From assembly GCA_964436545.1 (NCBI GenBank), contig CAYTCJ010000006.1:4729-68728 (forward strand): a stretch of DNA of 64,000 bases. The letters are read 5' to 3'. Below are positions 9,924-20,246 of the stretch, in pieces; position 1 is the stretch's first letter; each line of letters starts with the position of its first letter. The stretch comes from an uncultured Candidatus Saccharibacteria bacterium. GTDB taxonomy: Bacteria > Patescibacteriota > Doudnabacteria > UBA920. A program made the translations under genes and the position numbers. A model generated the notes under the pieces. It made no database searches. It was not told the DNA's origin and saw only the letters and a program-made list of their open reading frames with translations.

Positions 9924-10937
9924 TTATAATTGATTAACTATTTTAGAATTTAAAGTTATTAGCACCTGTCGTAAATCTTCCGGTACTTGGCTTTCCGCTT
10001 CTATCCATGTGCCATCGGGCAACTGCACTTCAATTTTTTTAGCGTGGAGGAATTGGCGGTCCAGCCCGACTAATTTGGACAATTTTCCGCCATATAACTC
10101 ATCGCCCATTAACGGATGGCCTACAGATGCCATATGTACACGAATTTGGTGCGTTCTACCTGTGTGCAATTTTACCATAAGCAGAGTGCAAGTGTCAACC
10201 CCGTTAGAAGTATGGCGCGTTAACGCGCCAGCAGTCCCGACTCGACAGGACTGACTTCTAACGGGGTCAACCACCTCCAAATATTCCAAAACCTGATATT
10301 CGGTTAACGCTTCCTTGGGTTCCAAAATATTTTTAGTATCCTGCTTTCTAAAATCGGTTTGGCTCTTACCCAAGGGCTTGTCTATAAATCCATGCTGTTT
10401 TTCCACCTTACCTTTTACTAAAGCCAAATATTCTTTTTTAATTTTTCTCTCCGCAAAAGCATTTTTTAAAAACTCATACATAGCCTGCGAAGTAGCCACT
10501 AAAATTACCCCACTGGTGTCTTTGTCCAAACGGTGCACAATACCCGGCCTATGTTCTTCTCCAACCAAATGGATATTTTGAAATTGATAGAGCAACGCAC
10601 TCGCCAAAGTCTCGCCTTTAAACCCCGCCCCCGGGTGCACCACTAATCCGGGTGGTTTATCTATAATTAATAAATTATGATTATGGTATAAAACCTTAAG
10701 TGGAGTATTGGTTGGCTTAATGGCCGAAGATTGCTTAGAATGTTCAGACGCCTGATACTCAATGACATCTCCCAACCGCACCACATGCTTAGATTCCCAG
10801 ACCGGCTTACCGTTCACCATAACCAAACCAGCTTCAATTTCGCGTTGAATTTGTGACCGGCTCAGATTTTTGATGCTTTCCACCAAATATTTATCCAACC
10901 GAATTTTAAATTGTTCAACTGTAAATTTGTGGCTCAT
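9924..10937 (-). CDS. RluA/RluD family pseudouridine synthase with in-frame palindromic insert
   Basis: S4 domain, RPGIVHRLDKDTSG, TGRTHQIRVH; start probably ATG 10937. Confidence 0.95.
   Translation of the reverse strand: MSHKFTVEQFKIRLDKYLVESIKNLSRSQIQREIEAGLVMVNGKPVWESKHVVRLGDVIEYQASEHSKQSSAIKPTNTPLKVLYHNHNLLIIDKPPGLVVHPGAGFKGETLASALLYQFQNIHLVGEEHRPGIVHRLDKDTSGVILVATSQAMYEFLKNAFAERKIKKEYLALVKGKVEKQHGFIDKPLGKSQTDFRKQDTKNILEPKEALTEYQVLEYLEVVDPVRSQSCRVGTAGALTRHTSNGVDTCTLLMVKLHTGRTHQIRVHMASVGHPLMGDELYGGKLSKLVGLDRQFLHAKKIEVQLPDGTWIEAESQVPEDLRQVLITLNSKIVNQL
10169..10198 (-). promoter_or_regulatory. Intragenic promoter TTGACA-18-TAAAAT, probably for rplS
   Basis: Minus strand ttgaca cttgcactctgcttatgg taaaat. 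Confidence 0.5.
10198..10267. repeat. 70-nt family B element inside the RluA gene
   Basis: accccgttagaagt/acttctaacggggt plus two internal hairpins. Confidence 0.85.
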
Positions 10938-11007
10938 ATTATCAACATACCACCCGAACACTTTAATAAGCTAAATTATCCGTTAATAGAATGCTGTTAT
11001 GATAAAT

Positions 11008-11769
11008 TTAAAAATTATTTTTTATTAAATCCGGACGTCTTTTTGCCGTTCGCTTTACCGATTCTGCCTTTCGCCAAGCTTCAATGTTTTTGTGATGCCC
11101 GGTAAGCAAAACCTTTGGTACCGGTAAAATTTTATAATTTTTAATTTTTAATTTTTTCTCTGATCCTGCCTTGCCAACAGGCACTGTCCACTTCTCTGGC
11201 TTGGTATACTGTGGGTATTCTAATCCGCCGTCAGAAAAAGATTCCTTAACCGCTGACTCATCTTTTCCTAAAATTCCTTTACGAAGTCTCATGACCGCTT
11301 CGCTAATGACCAAAGCCGGCAATTCTCCCCCCATGAGCACATAATCACCAATACTGATTTCTTCATCCACAAATTTTCTAATTCTTTCATCGAACCCCTC
11401 ATACCGGCCACAAACCAAAACTAACTCATCATATTTTGCCAGTCTGTGAGCATCTTTTTGATGAAACTTTTTCCCTTGCGGAGTTAATAAAATAATTCTT
11501 TGTTTCTTTCTGTTTACTGACTGCTGTTTACTGACTGCTGATGTAACTGCTTTCAAAAGGACATCGGCCCTCAGCACCATTCCCACCCCGCCACCATAGG
11601 GCCTGCCATCTACTGTGCCTCTGGTATCCAAACCGAATTTTCTTAAATTAATCGCTTGGACGCCTAACAGCTTCAGTTGGATAGCTCGGCGCACAATGCC
11701 AAAATTTTCCACAAAATCTTCTACAAACTTGGGAAATAAGGTGATTATTTTTATAGAAAGTTTTTTCAT
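11008..11769 (-). CDS. trmD: tRNA (guanine-N1)-methyltransferase TrmD
   Basis: VDGRPYGGGVGMV, CGRYEGFDER, SIGDYVLMGGE, LEYPQYT. Confidence 0.96.
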   Translation of the reverse strand: MKKLSIKIITLFPKFVEDFVENFGIVRRAIQLKLLGVQAINLRKFGLDTRGTVDGRPYGGGVGMVLRADVLLKAVTSAVSKQQSVNRKKQRIILLTPQGKKFHQKDAHRLAKYDELVLVCGRYEGFDERIRKFVDEEISIGDYVLMGGELPALVISEAVMRLRKGILGKDESAVKESFSDGGLEYPQYTKPEKWTVPVGKAGSEKKLKIKNYKILPVPKVLLTGHHKNIEAWRKAESVKRTAKRRPDLIKNNF

Positions 11770-11975
11770 AAAAATTTTCTACTAAATACTAAAATCACGA
11801 AAATACGAAACAAGACAGATCTCAAATTTAGTAATTTAGCACTTTTCGTATTTAGTAGAGACATTAGTATTCTAACAAAATAACCTCACTCTTCGCATAT
11901 TTAACGAATAAATGAGGTTATCTTTTGTAAATCTGTATTTATATCCGCGTAATAATCTGCGTGCAGATCCGCGTT

Positions 11976-12341
11976 CTAAAGCTTAAAGTCATCAATCGCA
12001 TCGGTGCTGGAAGTGGCAGGAGCCGAAGAATGACCCATACCGCCCATATACCCACCGGTTCTCGGGGCATATTCTCTTCTAGGACCGCGATGAGAACCTT
12101 CCGGTTCATAGATTTTTAAATTGACTCTGGCTTTGTGTTTAGCACCAACTACTCGCAAAAGAGTTCTTATAGATTTAGCAGTTTGACCGCTTCGACCAAT
12201 CACTTGGCCCATATCTTGAGGATTCAAATGCAAAGTAATGAGTACACCCATTTCGTCAACTGTTCTTTCGGTTTTTACATCATCAGGATGATCAACCAAA
12301 GCTTTGACGACAAATTCCACAAATTGCTGATCTTGTTCCAT
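11976..12341 (-). CDS. khpA: KH domain RNA-binding protein (KhpA/YlqC)
   Basis: DMGQVIGRSGQTAKSIRTLL; follows rpsP; start probably ATG 12341. Confidence 0.88.
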   Translation of the reverse strand: MEQDQQFVEFVVKALVDHPDDVKTERTVDEMGVLITLHLNPQDMGQVIGRSGQTAKSIRTLLRVVGAKHKARVNLKIYEPEGSHRGPRREYAPRTGGYMGGMGHSSAPATSSTDAIDDFKL

Positions 12342-12497
12342 ATATTCTAATATTTCTGATAGCTGATTTTCACTTCGACCTTTTGACCGACCTCTGTCTA
12401 ATTTTATAGAGGTCATCCCCGAAGCTTTAGCAAAGGGGGAGTATGAGATAGTGCTATCTTTACGTAATTATAACTTATTAATGTCCAATGTCAATTA

Positions 12498-12851
12498 TTA
12501 TTCGGCTTTTGGTGCTTCGGCTGGAGTTTCCGCTGGAGCTACGGCCTCGGTTTTAGCTTCAACTTTTTCTGCTTCCACAGGTTTTTTGGGTGTATTAAAC
12601 GCTTTCACTTTCTTCGCATCCAACAAACCTTTACTCACCAACAAATTATGAACTGTGGGGCTCATTTCCACTCTTTGCGAAATCCAATACTTAATTCTTT
12701 CTTCCACGGCTTTAAAAGTTTTTTTACGTGGGCTGTAAGCACCCAGCACTTCTAAATGCTTTTTTTTCACAGGCGCTTCTTTTTCGGCTAACACAATTTT
12801 AAAATCCGCCTGATTCTTTTTCCCGGCTCTTTGTAATCTTATTGTTAACAT
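12498..12851 (-). CDS. rpsP: 30S ribosomal protein S16
   Basis: MLTIRLQRAGKKNQ...EVLGAYSP...YWISQ. Confidence 0.95.
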   Translation of the reverse strand: MLTIRLQRAGKKNQADFKIVLAEKEAPVKKKHLEVLGAYSPRKKTFKAVEERIKYWISQRVEMSPTVHNLLVSKGLLDAKKVKAFNTPKKPVEAEKVEAKTEAVAPAETPAEAPKAE

Positions 12852-13122
12852 GAAATATGTATTCTAATATACAAATGCATCCGAAGCTACAGATGTCTAC
12901 AGATAAAAGATATCTGCGGTACTCGGTAAACTCTTTGCATTAATATATCTGGATAAGTTAATTTATCTTTTTTTGAGCGTGCAAATATTTTACCAGAATT
13001 TAATCTTTCCGTCAACGGCTCTTTTATCCCATTAGACCTAACAGAAATCTATGCTTTTTTTAAAAATCCTTAATTAGGGAACCATAGATACTCATAAAAA
13101 TTAATCCTTTTCATAATTCATA

Positions 13123-15738
13123 CTACTTGGCAAATTGTTTAGCCTGTTCCAATTTAACAGATAATAACTTACTGACTCCGTCATCGCCCATGGTTACTCC
13201 ATACAAAATATTGGCATGCGCCATGGTTTCTCGGTTGTGGGTAATGGTGACAAATTGGGTAGAATGCGACAAAGAAGACAAAATTTGGGCAAACCGAATA
13301 GTATTTGCATCATCCAAAGCGGCATCCACTTCGTCCAATACCACAAAAGGTGAAGGAAAACACGTTAACAGACTGCAGAGCAAAGCAATTGACGTTAAAG
13401 ATCTTTCCCCCCCGGAAAGCGCTTGAATGTTGGCTAATTTTTTACCCGGTGGCGTAGCCTTAATATCCACCCCAATAATTTTATGCGACGACTGCTCATA
13501 CTTTTTTACCATTTTTTCTTCCGGCCTGAGTTCGCCGGAAATTTCCCCTTCACCTTCGGTTATTTCCTGTGGCTCAAGATCTGTTTTATCGTCGGACTTT
13601 TGCAAACTCAAATAAGCTCTTCCGCCATTAAATAAGATTCTAAAGTAGTGTTCAAATTTTTCATTAATTTTGTCAAAGGCTTGGCTGAATTTTACTTTAA
13701 TTTGTCCGTCCAATTCGTCTAAAATATTTCTTAAATCTTGGGCGCTCTTTTTTAAATCTTCCACTTGCTCACCTAAAGCGGTGTATCTGGTTTCGGTCTC
13801 TTGATATTCTTTTAACGTCAAATCATCCATCCCGCCAATGGTATCCAATTGTTGTTTTAATCTTAAAATTTTGGCTTCCAAATCCTGAGTGGCGGAAGCT
13901 ACCGGTTTTTCTAACAATAAAGCATAAAGGGCTTCTCCTAATATCCCCACCACTTCTTGCTTTAAAACTTCGGCTTGAGTATCAAGTTTGGCTTTTTCAA
14001 TTTGCAAATTGGCAATTTTATCTTTGAGCTTAGAAACTTCCTCTTGAGCGCGTCTTAAGTGGCTCTCTAATTCGTGCAAATGTTTTTGTTTGGCTTCTTG
14101 CTCTGCGCTTTGTGTCTTATACACAGATTCCAACTTGGCAATTTCTTGACTTAAAGCTTCCACTTCTTGGTTGATTTTCTCTTCGTCCACAATTAACCCT
14201 TGAACAAACTCATCAAAACTCCCACTGGCCGTCTTCTTTAACTCTAAATCCAATTGTAATTGCTCTTGATGTAATTTTTGTTTCTCCTTTTCCAAAAATT
14301 CCAAAGTAATTTTATGTTTAGAGGCCGATAATTCTAAATTTTGAATTTTGGCGGTAAGCGTTTCTTTGTCTTTTAAGACTTGTTTTAATTCCGCCTGTAA
14401 GTGCCCGGCTGTGTGAGGATCATGAAAAGCCTTGCCGACAAAATTTTTAAAATTACCAAACCTGCCTCGGAAATGTTCAATAGCCGACCTAACCTCTTCC
14501 CAAGGTTTGCCCGAAGCTATCTTGCCATAAAAATCATTTACCGAATTTTCTAACAAATTCAATTCTCGGTTAAAACCTTCCCAGTCTACGGTATTGGGAT
14601 TCTGTAATAATTCATAGAGTTTATTCAACTGTTGGTTAAACTGGTCCAACACGCCAAGCGCTTGCTGTAAATCTTGCGATTCCGCTTGTTGTTCGCCAAT
14701 AACCGAAGCGATTTTTTTATTTACTTCCTCAAGTTTAATTTTCAGTTGATGCGCCTCCAATTGTAAAGTTTGGGCATCTACCAACCCAGTTTGCTTCTGA
14801 CTCTGCATTTTCCCCCGAATTAAACTTAAATCCTCCAATAACCGATTCTTTTTACTTTGGAAAACATTCAGTTCGCTTTGTAAAGTTTTAAACTGTGAAA
14901 AAATTCCACTCTTGTTTAATTCTTCTGTTTCCGCTTGTGCCTCTAAAACCTTCACCGCTTTAACTTGAGTTTCTTTGGTTACTTCCAATTCCGCAATCTC
15001 TCCGGCCAATTTGTCTATCCCTTGTTTTAAGTGCCACAACGTTTTACCAAAATATTCTTGTTGATAAATTTTTAATTCTTGCTCAAGCACCGCGCGTTCT
15101 TCCAACTTTTTGGCTTGTCTTCTTAAAGACCGAAGCCGAGGGGCGATTTCGGCAATTAAGTCTTCGGCCCGCATTAAATTTTGTGCGGTTTGCTCTAAAC
15201 GCCTTAAAGTTTTATCTCTCCGAATATAATAAGTTTTGACTCCACTGGCTTCGTCTAATAAATTTTTTACCTCACTCGGGCCCGCTAAAATCATTTGGTC
15301 AATGGTGCCTTGGCCAATTACCGTATAACGCGAAGTGCCAATATTGCTTTTTAACACCAAATCAATAATATCCAATAACCTTACGCTGGCCCCGTTAAGT
15401 AAGTACTCGCTATTCCCTGTCCGGTCCACCCGTCTGCCAATCGCCACTTCCGCCACATCTAAAGGAATTCGTTTATCGGTGTTATCAAATGTCGCCACCA
15501 CTTCACAAAACCCGAGTTTGGATTTTTTCTCACTCCCGGCAAAAATTACATCATCGGCTTTCTTTCCCCGAATCATTTTGGCAGACTGCTCCCCGAGCAC
15601 CCACCTTAAACTATCCGCCACATTACTTTTGCCACTCCCGTTAGGTCCTACAACGGCAATCATTCCTTGCGAAAACTCCATTACGGTTCGATTGGCAAAA
15701 GATTTAAAGCCTTGAATTTCTAAACGTTTTAAAAACAT
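13123..15738 (-). CDS. smc: SMC family chromosome segregation ATPase (short form)
   Basis: GFKSF, GPNGSGKSN, LSGGE, LDEVDAALD, ITHN; long coiled coil. Confidence 0.93.
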   Translation of the reverse strand: MFLKRLEIQGFKSFANRTVMEFSQGMIAVVGPNGSGKSNVADSLRWVLGEQSAKMIRGKKADDVIFAGSEKKSKLGFCEVVATFDNTDKRIPLDVAEVAIGRRVDRTGNSEYLLNGASVRLLDIIDLVLKSNIGTSRYTVIGQGTIDQMILAGPSEVKNLLDEASGVKTYYIRRDKTLRRLEQTAQNLMRAEDLIAEIAPRLRSLRRQAKKLEERAVLEQELKIYQQEYFGKTLWHLKQGIDKLAGEIAELEVTKETQVKAVKVLEAQAETEELNKSGIFSQFKTLQSELNVFQSKKNRLLEDLSLIRGKMQSQKQTGLVDAQTLQLEAHQLKIKLEEVNKKIASVIGEQQAESQDLQQALGVLDQFNQQLNKLYELLQNPNTVDWEGFNRELNLLENSVNDFYGKIASGKPWEEVRSAIEHFRGRFGNFKNFVGKAFHDPHTAGHLQAELKQVLKDKETLTAKIQNLELSASKHKITLEFLEKEKQKLHQEQLQLDLELKKTASGSFDEFVQGLIVDEEKINQEVEALSQEIAKLESVYKTQSAEQEAKQKHLHELESHLRRAQEEVSKLKDKIANLQIEKAKLDTQAEVLKQEVVGILGEALYALLLEKPVASATQDLEAKILRLKQQLDTIGGMDDLTLKEYQETETRYTALGEQVEDLKKSAQDLRNILDELDGQIKVKFSQAFDKINEKFEHYFRILFNGGRAYLSLQKSDDKTDLEPQEITEGEGEISGELRPEEKMVKKYEQSSHKIIGVDIKATPPGKKLANIQALSGGERSLTSIALLCSLLTCFPSPFVVLDEVDAALDDANTIRFAQILSSLSHSTQFVTITHNRETMAHANILYGVTMGDDGVSKLLSVKLEQAKQFAK

Positions 15739-15816
15739 AAATATTTAAACCTCTAAATTCTAAACCTTTAAAAACTAAACCAAAAAAAATCAAACCCGAA
15801 TAGTTTTAAGCAAAAA

Positions 15817-16185
15817 CTACTTACACTTTTGAATAATCGCTCCAAAAATTTTCATTAACTGCTCTGATTCCTGAATTAAACTTTGTTGTTCACTAATCTG
15901 TTTTTCAAGTGGTTGAGTTAAAATTAACCAATATCTACTTTCTTTTGTTTCTTTTTTGGAAATCTTAACTCTCATTATAAAATCTTTTTTACTTAATCCT
16001 TCATTTGCTTCTATATAATTTGCACCCACTGACCCAGATGACCTAACCAACTGTTTCCCATTTTCAAGATTACACAAATCTCTAGGTAATAATCTAACAT
16101 AATTTTGGCACCGATGAGCAAAACTTAAACACCTATTTTCTAATTCAAAAAATGGTTTTATATTTAATTTTGGTGTTTGTGTCAT
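15817..16185 (-). CDS. Four helix bundle protein (23S rRNA-IVP-like family)
   Basis: QLVRSSGSVGANYIEAN..SKKDF..ISKKETKESRYWL. Confidence 0.9.
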   Translation of the reverse strand: MTQTPKLNIKPFFELENRCLSFAHRCQNYVRLLPRDLCNLENGKQLVRSSGSVGANYIEANEGLSKKDFIMRVKISKKETKESRYWLILTQPLEKQISEQQSLIQESEQLMKIFGAIIQKCK

Positions 16186-16225
16186 TTATATTTTTTGATT
16201 TGTTTAGTAGTTTAGTCTTTAGAGT

Positions 16226-16918
16226 TTAGATATTAAGCTTCGTGAGTGCATCTTCCGCAGCGGAAATTTCCGCCTCTTGTTTTGAAGGCCCACTACCCCG
16301 CCCAACTTCCGTATTGCCCACAAACGCGGCTAACACAAAAGTTTTATTATGGTCCGGACCGGTTTCACTAATTACCCCATAATGGGGAGTAATTCCGCTT
16401 TTTTCTTGCACTAATTCTTGCAAACGGGATTTCGGGTCCATATATTTTCCATCTTCAATAATATTATCCAATTCCACTAAAATTTCTCTGGCAATAAAAT
16501 TAGTGCAGGTTTGATATCCGCTATCCAAATACATTGCCCCAATTACCGCTTCAATGCAATTGGCTAAAATTACTTGTCTCGCACGGCCCACATCTTTGGC
16601 TTCACCTCTGGACATTTGTAAAAATTTTTCAAACCCCAAACGACTGGCAATTAAAGACAACATTTTATAGTTTACCAAAGCACTTCTAAAATTGGTCAGC
16701 TCGCCTTCGGGGTGACTGTAATTTTTATACAAATACTCGGTGGCACACAATTCCAAAACCGCATCCCCTAAAAATTCCAGTCGCTCATTATGAGGCAAAT
16801 GAAAACTTCGGTTCTCGTTCAAATAAGACCGATGAGTAAACGCGGAAATAAAAAAGTCCAAGTTATTGATTTTAGTTTGAAGAATGGTTTCTAATTCTTC
16901 TTTATTGATTTTAGGCAC
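16226..16918 (-). CDS. rnc: Ribonuclease III
   Basis: AFTHRS, NERLEFLGDAVL, dsRBD KSRLQE..GPDH. Confidence 0.97.
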   Translation of the reverse strand: MPKINKEELETILQTKINNLDFFISAFTHRSYLNENRSFHLPHNERLEFLGDAVLELCATEYLYKNYSHPEGELTNFRSALVNYKMLSLIASRLGFEKFLQMSRGEAKDVGRARQVILANCIEAVIGAMYLDSGYQTCTNFIAREILVELDNIIEDGKYMDPKSRLQELVQEKSGITPHYGVISETGPDHNKTFVLAAFVGNTEVGRGSGPSKQEAEISAAEDALTKLNI

Positions 16919-17075
16919 GGATTAGAGTTAGGAATATAGAATTATGAGTTATGAGTATTTGTTCTACTTTGCCAAGGCTTCGTAGGACATTTCTTCGCTC
17001 TATAAATTTAAGCCTCAAATGTCTGTAAGAATAAGATTTATTTGATGCTTGCACTTCGTAGCTTCCGCGAAGAAG

Positions 17076-17150
17076 TGGTGGGCAGTGAAGGGATTGAACC
17101 TTCGACCCTCTCTACGTCAAAGAGATGCTCTACCACTGAGCTAACTGCCC
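17076..17150 (-). tRNA. tRNA-Val(GAC)
   Basis: GGGCAGT..ACTGCCC-ACCA cloverleaf, anticodon loop TTGACGT. Confidence 0.93.
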
Positions 17151-17305
17151 AATATTGCAATCTTATATTTTATAATCCATTCAACCAATGGTGCGGGCCA
17201 AACTAAGCTACGTTCCCTCTAACTTCGTCAAAACTTCTTAGGATAAGAGGAGACTATAAACATAATAGTTATCTTCTTGTCCTCCGTAGCCTTGACGGAG
17301 GAGGA

Positions 17306-17317
17306 AGCTAACTGCCC
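17306..17317 (-). pseudogene. 5' fragment of tRNA-Val abutting a palindromic repeat
   Basis: gggcagttagct is identical to the 5' end of the intact tRNA; it is followed by the tcctcc..ggagga hairpin. Confidence 0.55.
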
Positions 17318-17404
17318 TTAGGTATTTTAAAAAACAAAGAAATTGCCTTCTGATTGTATCAAAAATCGCGATTCTCTTCAAACCGCGATTTTTGCTCCTG
17401 TAAT

Positions 17405-19273
17405 TTATACCCCTTTCGGGTCACCAAACAAAATATGTTGTTGTAATTTTTCTTGGGGAATAATGTCTTTCACGAGCTCATGAAACTCTTCTTGTTCTAT
17501 AGTTTCTTTATCGATTAACTGCTGGGCGATTTTATTTAAATAATCTCGATATTTGGTTAAAATCTCCGTGGCTCGGTTAAAGCCTTCTGTCATAATCCGA
17601 TTAATTTCCGAATCGATCTTTCGGGCGATTTCCTCACTATAGTTTCTTTGTTCGTGCAAATCTTTACCTAAAAATACCATTTCTTGGTTATTACCTAAAG
17701 CCACCGGTCCCAATTCTTCGCTCATGCCATAAGCCATAATTAATTTTCTTGCCATACCGGTAGCCACTTTTAAATCATTACTGGCGCCGGTGGTGAGTTC
17801 GTTAAAAACCAATTTCTCCGCTGCATAACCACCCATTAAAGCTGCGATTTCATCCAAAAAACTGGATCGGGTATGCAAATGTTTATCTTCAAACGGCAAT
17901 TTCATAGTATAGCCCGCAGCTCTCCCTCGGGAAATTATCGACACTTTATGGACCGGATCGGAAAAAGCCAGCGCGCTACCCACTAAAGCATGCCCGCCTT
18001 CATGGAAAGCGGTAACTTCCTTTTCTTTCGGTGATAAAATATGACTCTTTCTTTCCGGTCCCAGCATCACTTTTTCCACGGCTTCCTTTAAATTTAGTTG
18101 GCTAATTTCTTTTTTATCTGCCCGAGCGGCTAAAATGGCCGCCTCATTCAAGATATTGGCTAAATCGGCGCCGGAAAAACCAGGCGTTCGCTCGGCGATT
18201 TTGCGCAAATTGGCATCTGTGGCCAAAGGTTTATTTTTGGCGTGAATTTGTAAAATCGCCTCTCTGTCCTTAATGTCCGGCAAATCCAAAACCACTTGTC
18301 TATCAAACCTACCCGGTCTAAGTAAAGCCGGATCTAACACATCGGGCCGGTTGGTGGCAGCCATCACAATCACATTGGTATCGTTCTCAAATCCATCCAT
18401 CTCCACTAAAATTTGGTTTAAGGTTTGTTCTCTTTCGTCATGCCCACCGCCTAAACCCGCCCCTCTTTGTCTGCCCACAGCGTCAATTTCATCTACAAAT
18501 ACAATGCAAGGCGCATTCTTTTTAGCTTTTTTAAATAAATCTCTCACTCTCGCAGCTCCCACCCCCACAAACATTTCTACAAATTCACTGCCGGAAATAT
18601 GAAAGAAGGGCACATTTGCCTCACCGGCTACGGCTCTCGCCAACAAAGTTTTACCCACGCCCGGACTACCCAACAACAACACGCCTTTGGGAATTTTAGC
18701 TCCCAGAGCTAAAAATTTTTGTGGGAATCTTAAAAAATCCACGACTTCTTTTAATTCTTCCTTAGCTTCCTTTACTCCGGCCACTTCGGAAAATTTTACT
18801 TTTATTTTATTCTCCTCGGTTAACCGAGCGCTAGATTGGCCAAAAGTTAACGCTCGATTATTGGCACCTTGCACGTTGCGCATTAAAAAATAAATAAATA
18901 AAGAAATTAATACAAAGGGCACTAAAAACGGCACAATGGAATCTAAAAATACCGCCCAACCGCTTTTATTAACATACCCGATTTGCAAATTTTTTAACTT
19001 TTCCGGTTCTACTCCGGTATTTTTAAAAAAATCCGTAATTTCCGTATATTTGCCCAAAATACTTACATACTTCACTTCCGTGTCTTTAATTTTTGCAGTG
19101 ACTTGGCTTTCACTTACTTCCACATACTCCACTTTACCTTGGTTAATTAGCTGACTTATTTCCGACATCTTCACATTTTTCACTTCATTTTTAGGCGAAA
19201 AAGCCTCAAACACAAAGGAGAGCAATAAAAATGCCAATAAAATATACAATAAATTTTTTATAATTTTACTCAT
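17405..19273 (-). CDS. ftsH: ATP-dependent zinc metalloprotease FtsH
   Basis: Two [20 protein letters not shown]. Confidence 0.97.
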   Translation of the reverse strand: MSKIIKNLLYILLAFLLLSFVFEAFSPKNEVKNVKMSEISQLINQGKVEYVEVSESQVTAKIKDTEVKYVSILGKYTEITDFFKNTGVEPEKLKNLQIGYVNKSGWAVFLDSIVPFLVPFVLISLFIYFLMRNVQGANNRALTFGQSSARLTEENKIKVKFSEVAGVKEAKEELKEVVDFLRFPQKFLALGAKIPKGVLLLGSPGVGKTLLARAVAGEANVPFFHISGSEFVEMFVGVGAARVRDLFKKAKKNAPCIVFVDEIDAVGRQRGAGLGGGHDEREQTLNQILVEMDGFENDTNVIVMAATNRPDVLDPALLRPGRFDRQVVLDLPDIKDREAILQIHAKNKPLATDANLRKIAERTPGFSGADLANILNEAAILAARADKKEISQLNLKEAVEKVMLGPERKSHILSPKEKEVTAFHEGGHALVGSALAFSDPVHKVSIISRGRAAGYTMKLPFEDKHLHTRSSFLDEIAALMGGYAAEKLVFNELTTGASNDLKVATGMARKLIMAYGMSEELGPVALGNNQEMVFLGKDLHEQRNYSEEIARKIDSEINRIMTEGFNRATEILTKYRDYLNKIAQQLIDKETIEQEEFHELVKDIIPQEKLQQHILFGDPKGV

Positions 19274-19439
19274 ACTTTAAATAAATTATGTGTCTGATGA
19301 TTATATAAAACTTCTTGTTTTTAATCAATAGCAATTAAACTGAGTTGTAAGTAGTAAGTGAGTAAGTTGTAAGTTTAAAAAATACCCTTGTCTGTTCTCC
19401 AACTTCAAGTAAAAAACAATCTTATACTTCAACTCCCAA

Positions 19440-19526
19440 TGGTGCCGGAGAGAGGATTTGAACCTCCAAGGGATTGCTCCCACTAGCTCCTAAGGCTAGC
19501 GCGTATGCCAATTCCGCCACTCCGGC
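19440..19526 (-). tRNA. tRNA-Leu(TAG)
   Basis: GCCGGAG..CTCCGGC-ACCA, long variable arm, loop CTTAGGA. Confidence 0.93.
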
Positions 19527-19579
19527 AAGAAGCCTCCCTAATCTTACAGACTTTTAGGAGTTTTATCAATCTGAATAAC

Positions 19580-19617
19580 AAAGATGATCTTCGTAAGAAG
19601 AACGAAGATCATCTTTG
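19580..19617. terminator. Hairpin terminator of pilin cluster
   Basis: aaagatgatcttcgt..acgaagatcatcttt. Confidence 0.65.
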
Positions 19618-19640
19618 TTTCAAAAATATATAAGCAATGT

Positions 19641-20243
19641 TTACCCCAAAGGTCCGGTGGAACTTAACGTGTTGGTTACTATAGTTATTATTGTCATGGA
19701 CAGTAAAACAATTACTATGCCAATGACTGCATTAATTAAGGTTTGTTTGCCTTTCTCGCTTTGCTCTTCATTGCCTCCGGCAGTGATGTATTGGTAACCA
19801 CCTAAAATTAGAAATACCGTAGCAATCACCCCGGCTAAAGTTAACAGCCACTTAAGGACAATGGCAATTACTTCAAAAATAGACCCGGCGCCTCTTAAAC
19901 TTCCCTCTTTGGCTTCAGCTTCAGGAGCCGGCACGCACAAACCATTTATGTAGCAAAATTTAGGAGCCGGACAAAATTCATCTCCGGGCTTATCGCATTT
20001 ACTCTGATTACTTCCGGAATTAGAGCTTTCACCTCTACCACTGGCGCTATTAACCGAAGGGGCTGGGGGGTTTGGATCTTTTTTACACAAACTAGTTTCA
20101 GGATCACAAACTAACCCAGTATCACACTGATTAGAGGCATTTGTTATACAAGTACCACCTTCACTTATAGCTAAAACAGTTTTGACAGAAACAGAACAAA
20201 TAATCGTTATGAACAATATAAAAATAATAACTCTTTTGTACAT
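19641..20243 (-). CDS. VirB2/TrbC-like pilin with Cys-rich N-terminal domain
   Basis: Signal peptide, 8 Cys, GGYQYITAGGNEEQSEKGKQTLINAVIG. Confidence 0.8.
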   Translation of the reverse strand: MYKRVIIFILFITIICSVSVKTVLAISEGGTCITNASNQCDTGLVCDPETSLCKKDPNPPAPSVNSASGRGESSNSGSNQSKCDKPGDEFCPAPKFCYINGLCVPAPEAEAKEGSLRGAGSIFEVIAIVLKWLLTLAGVIATVFLILGGYQYITAGGNEEQSEKGKQTLINAVIGIVIVLLSMTIITIVTNTLSSTGPLG

Positions 20244-20246
20244 AAA

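Noticed and set aside
15817-16185. Avd of a diversity-generating retroelement
   Set aside because: No reverse transcriptase or TR/VR pair seen in the window.
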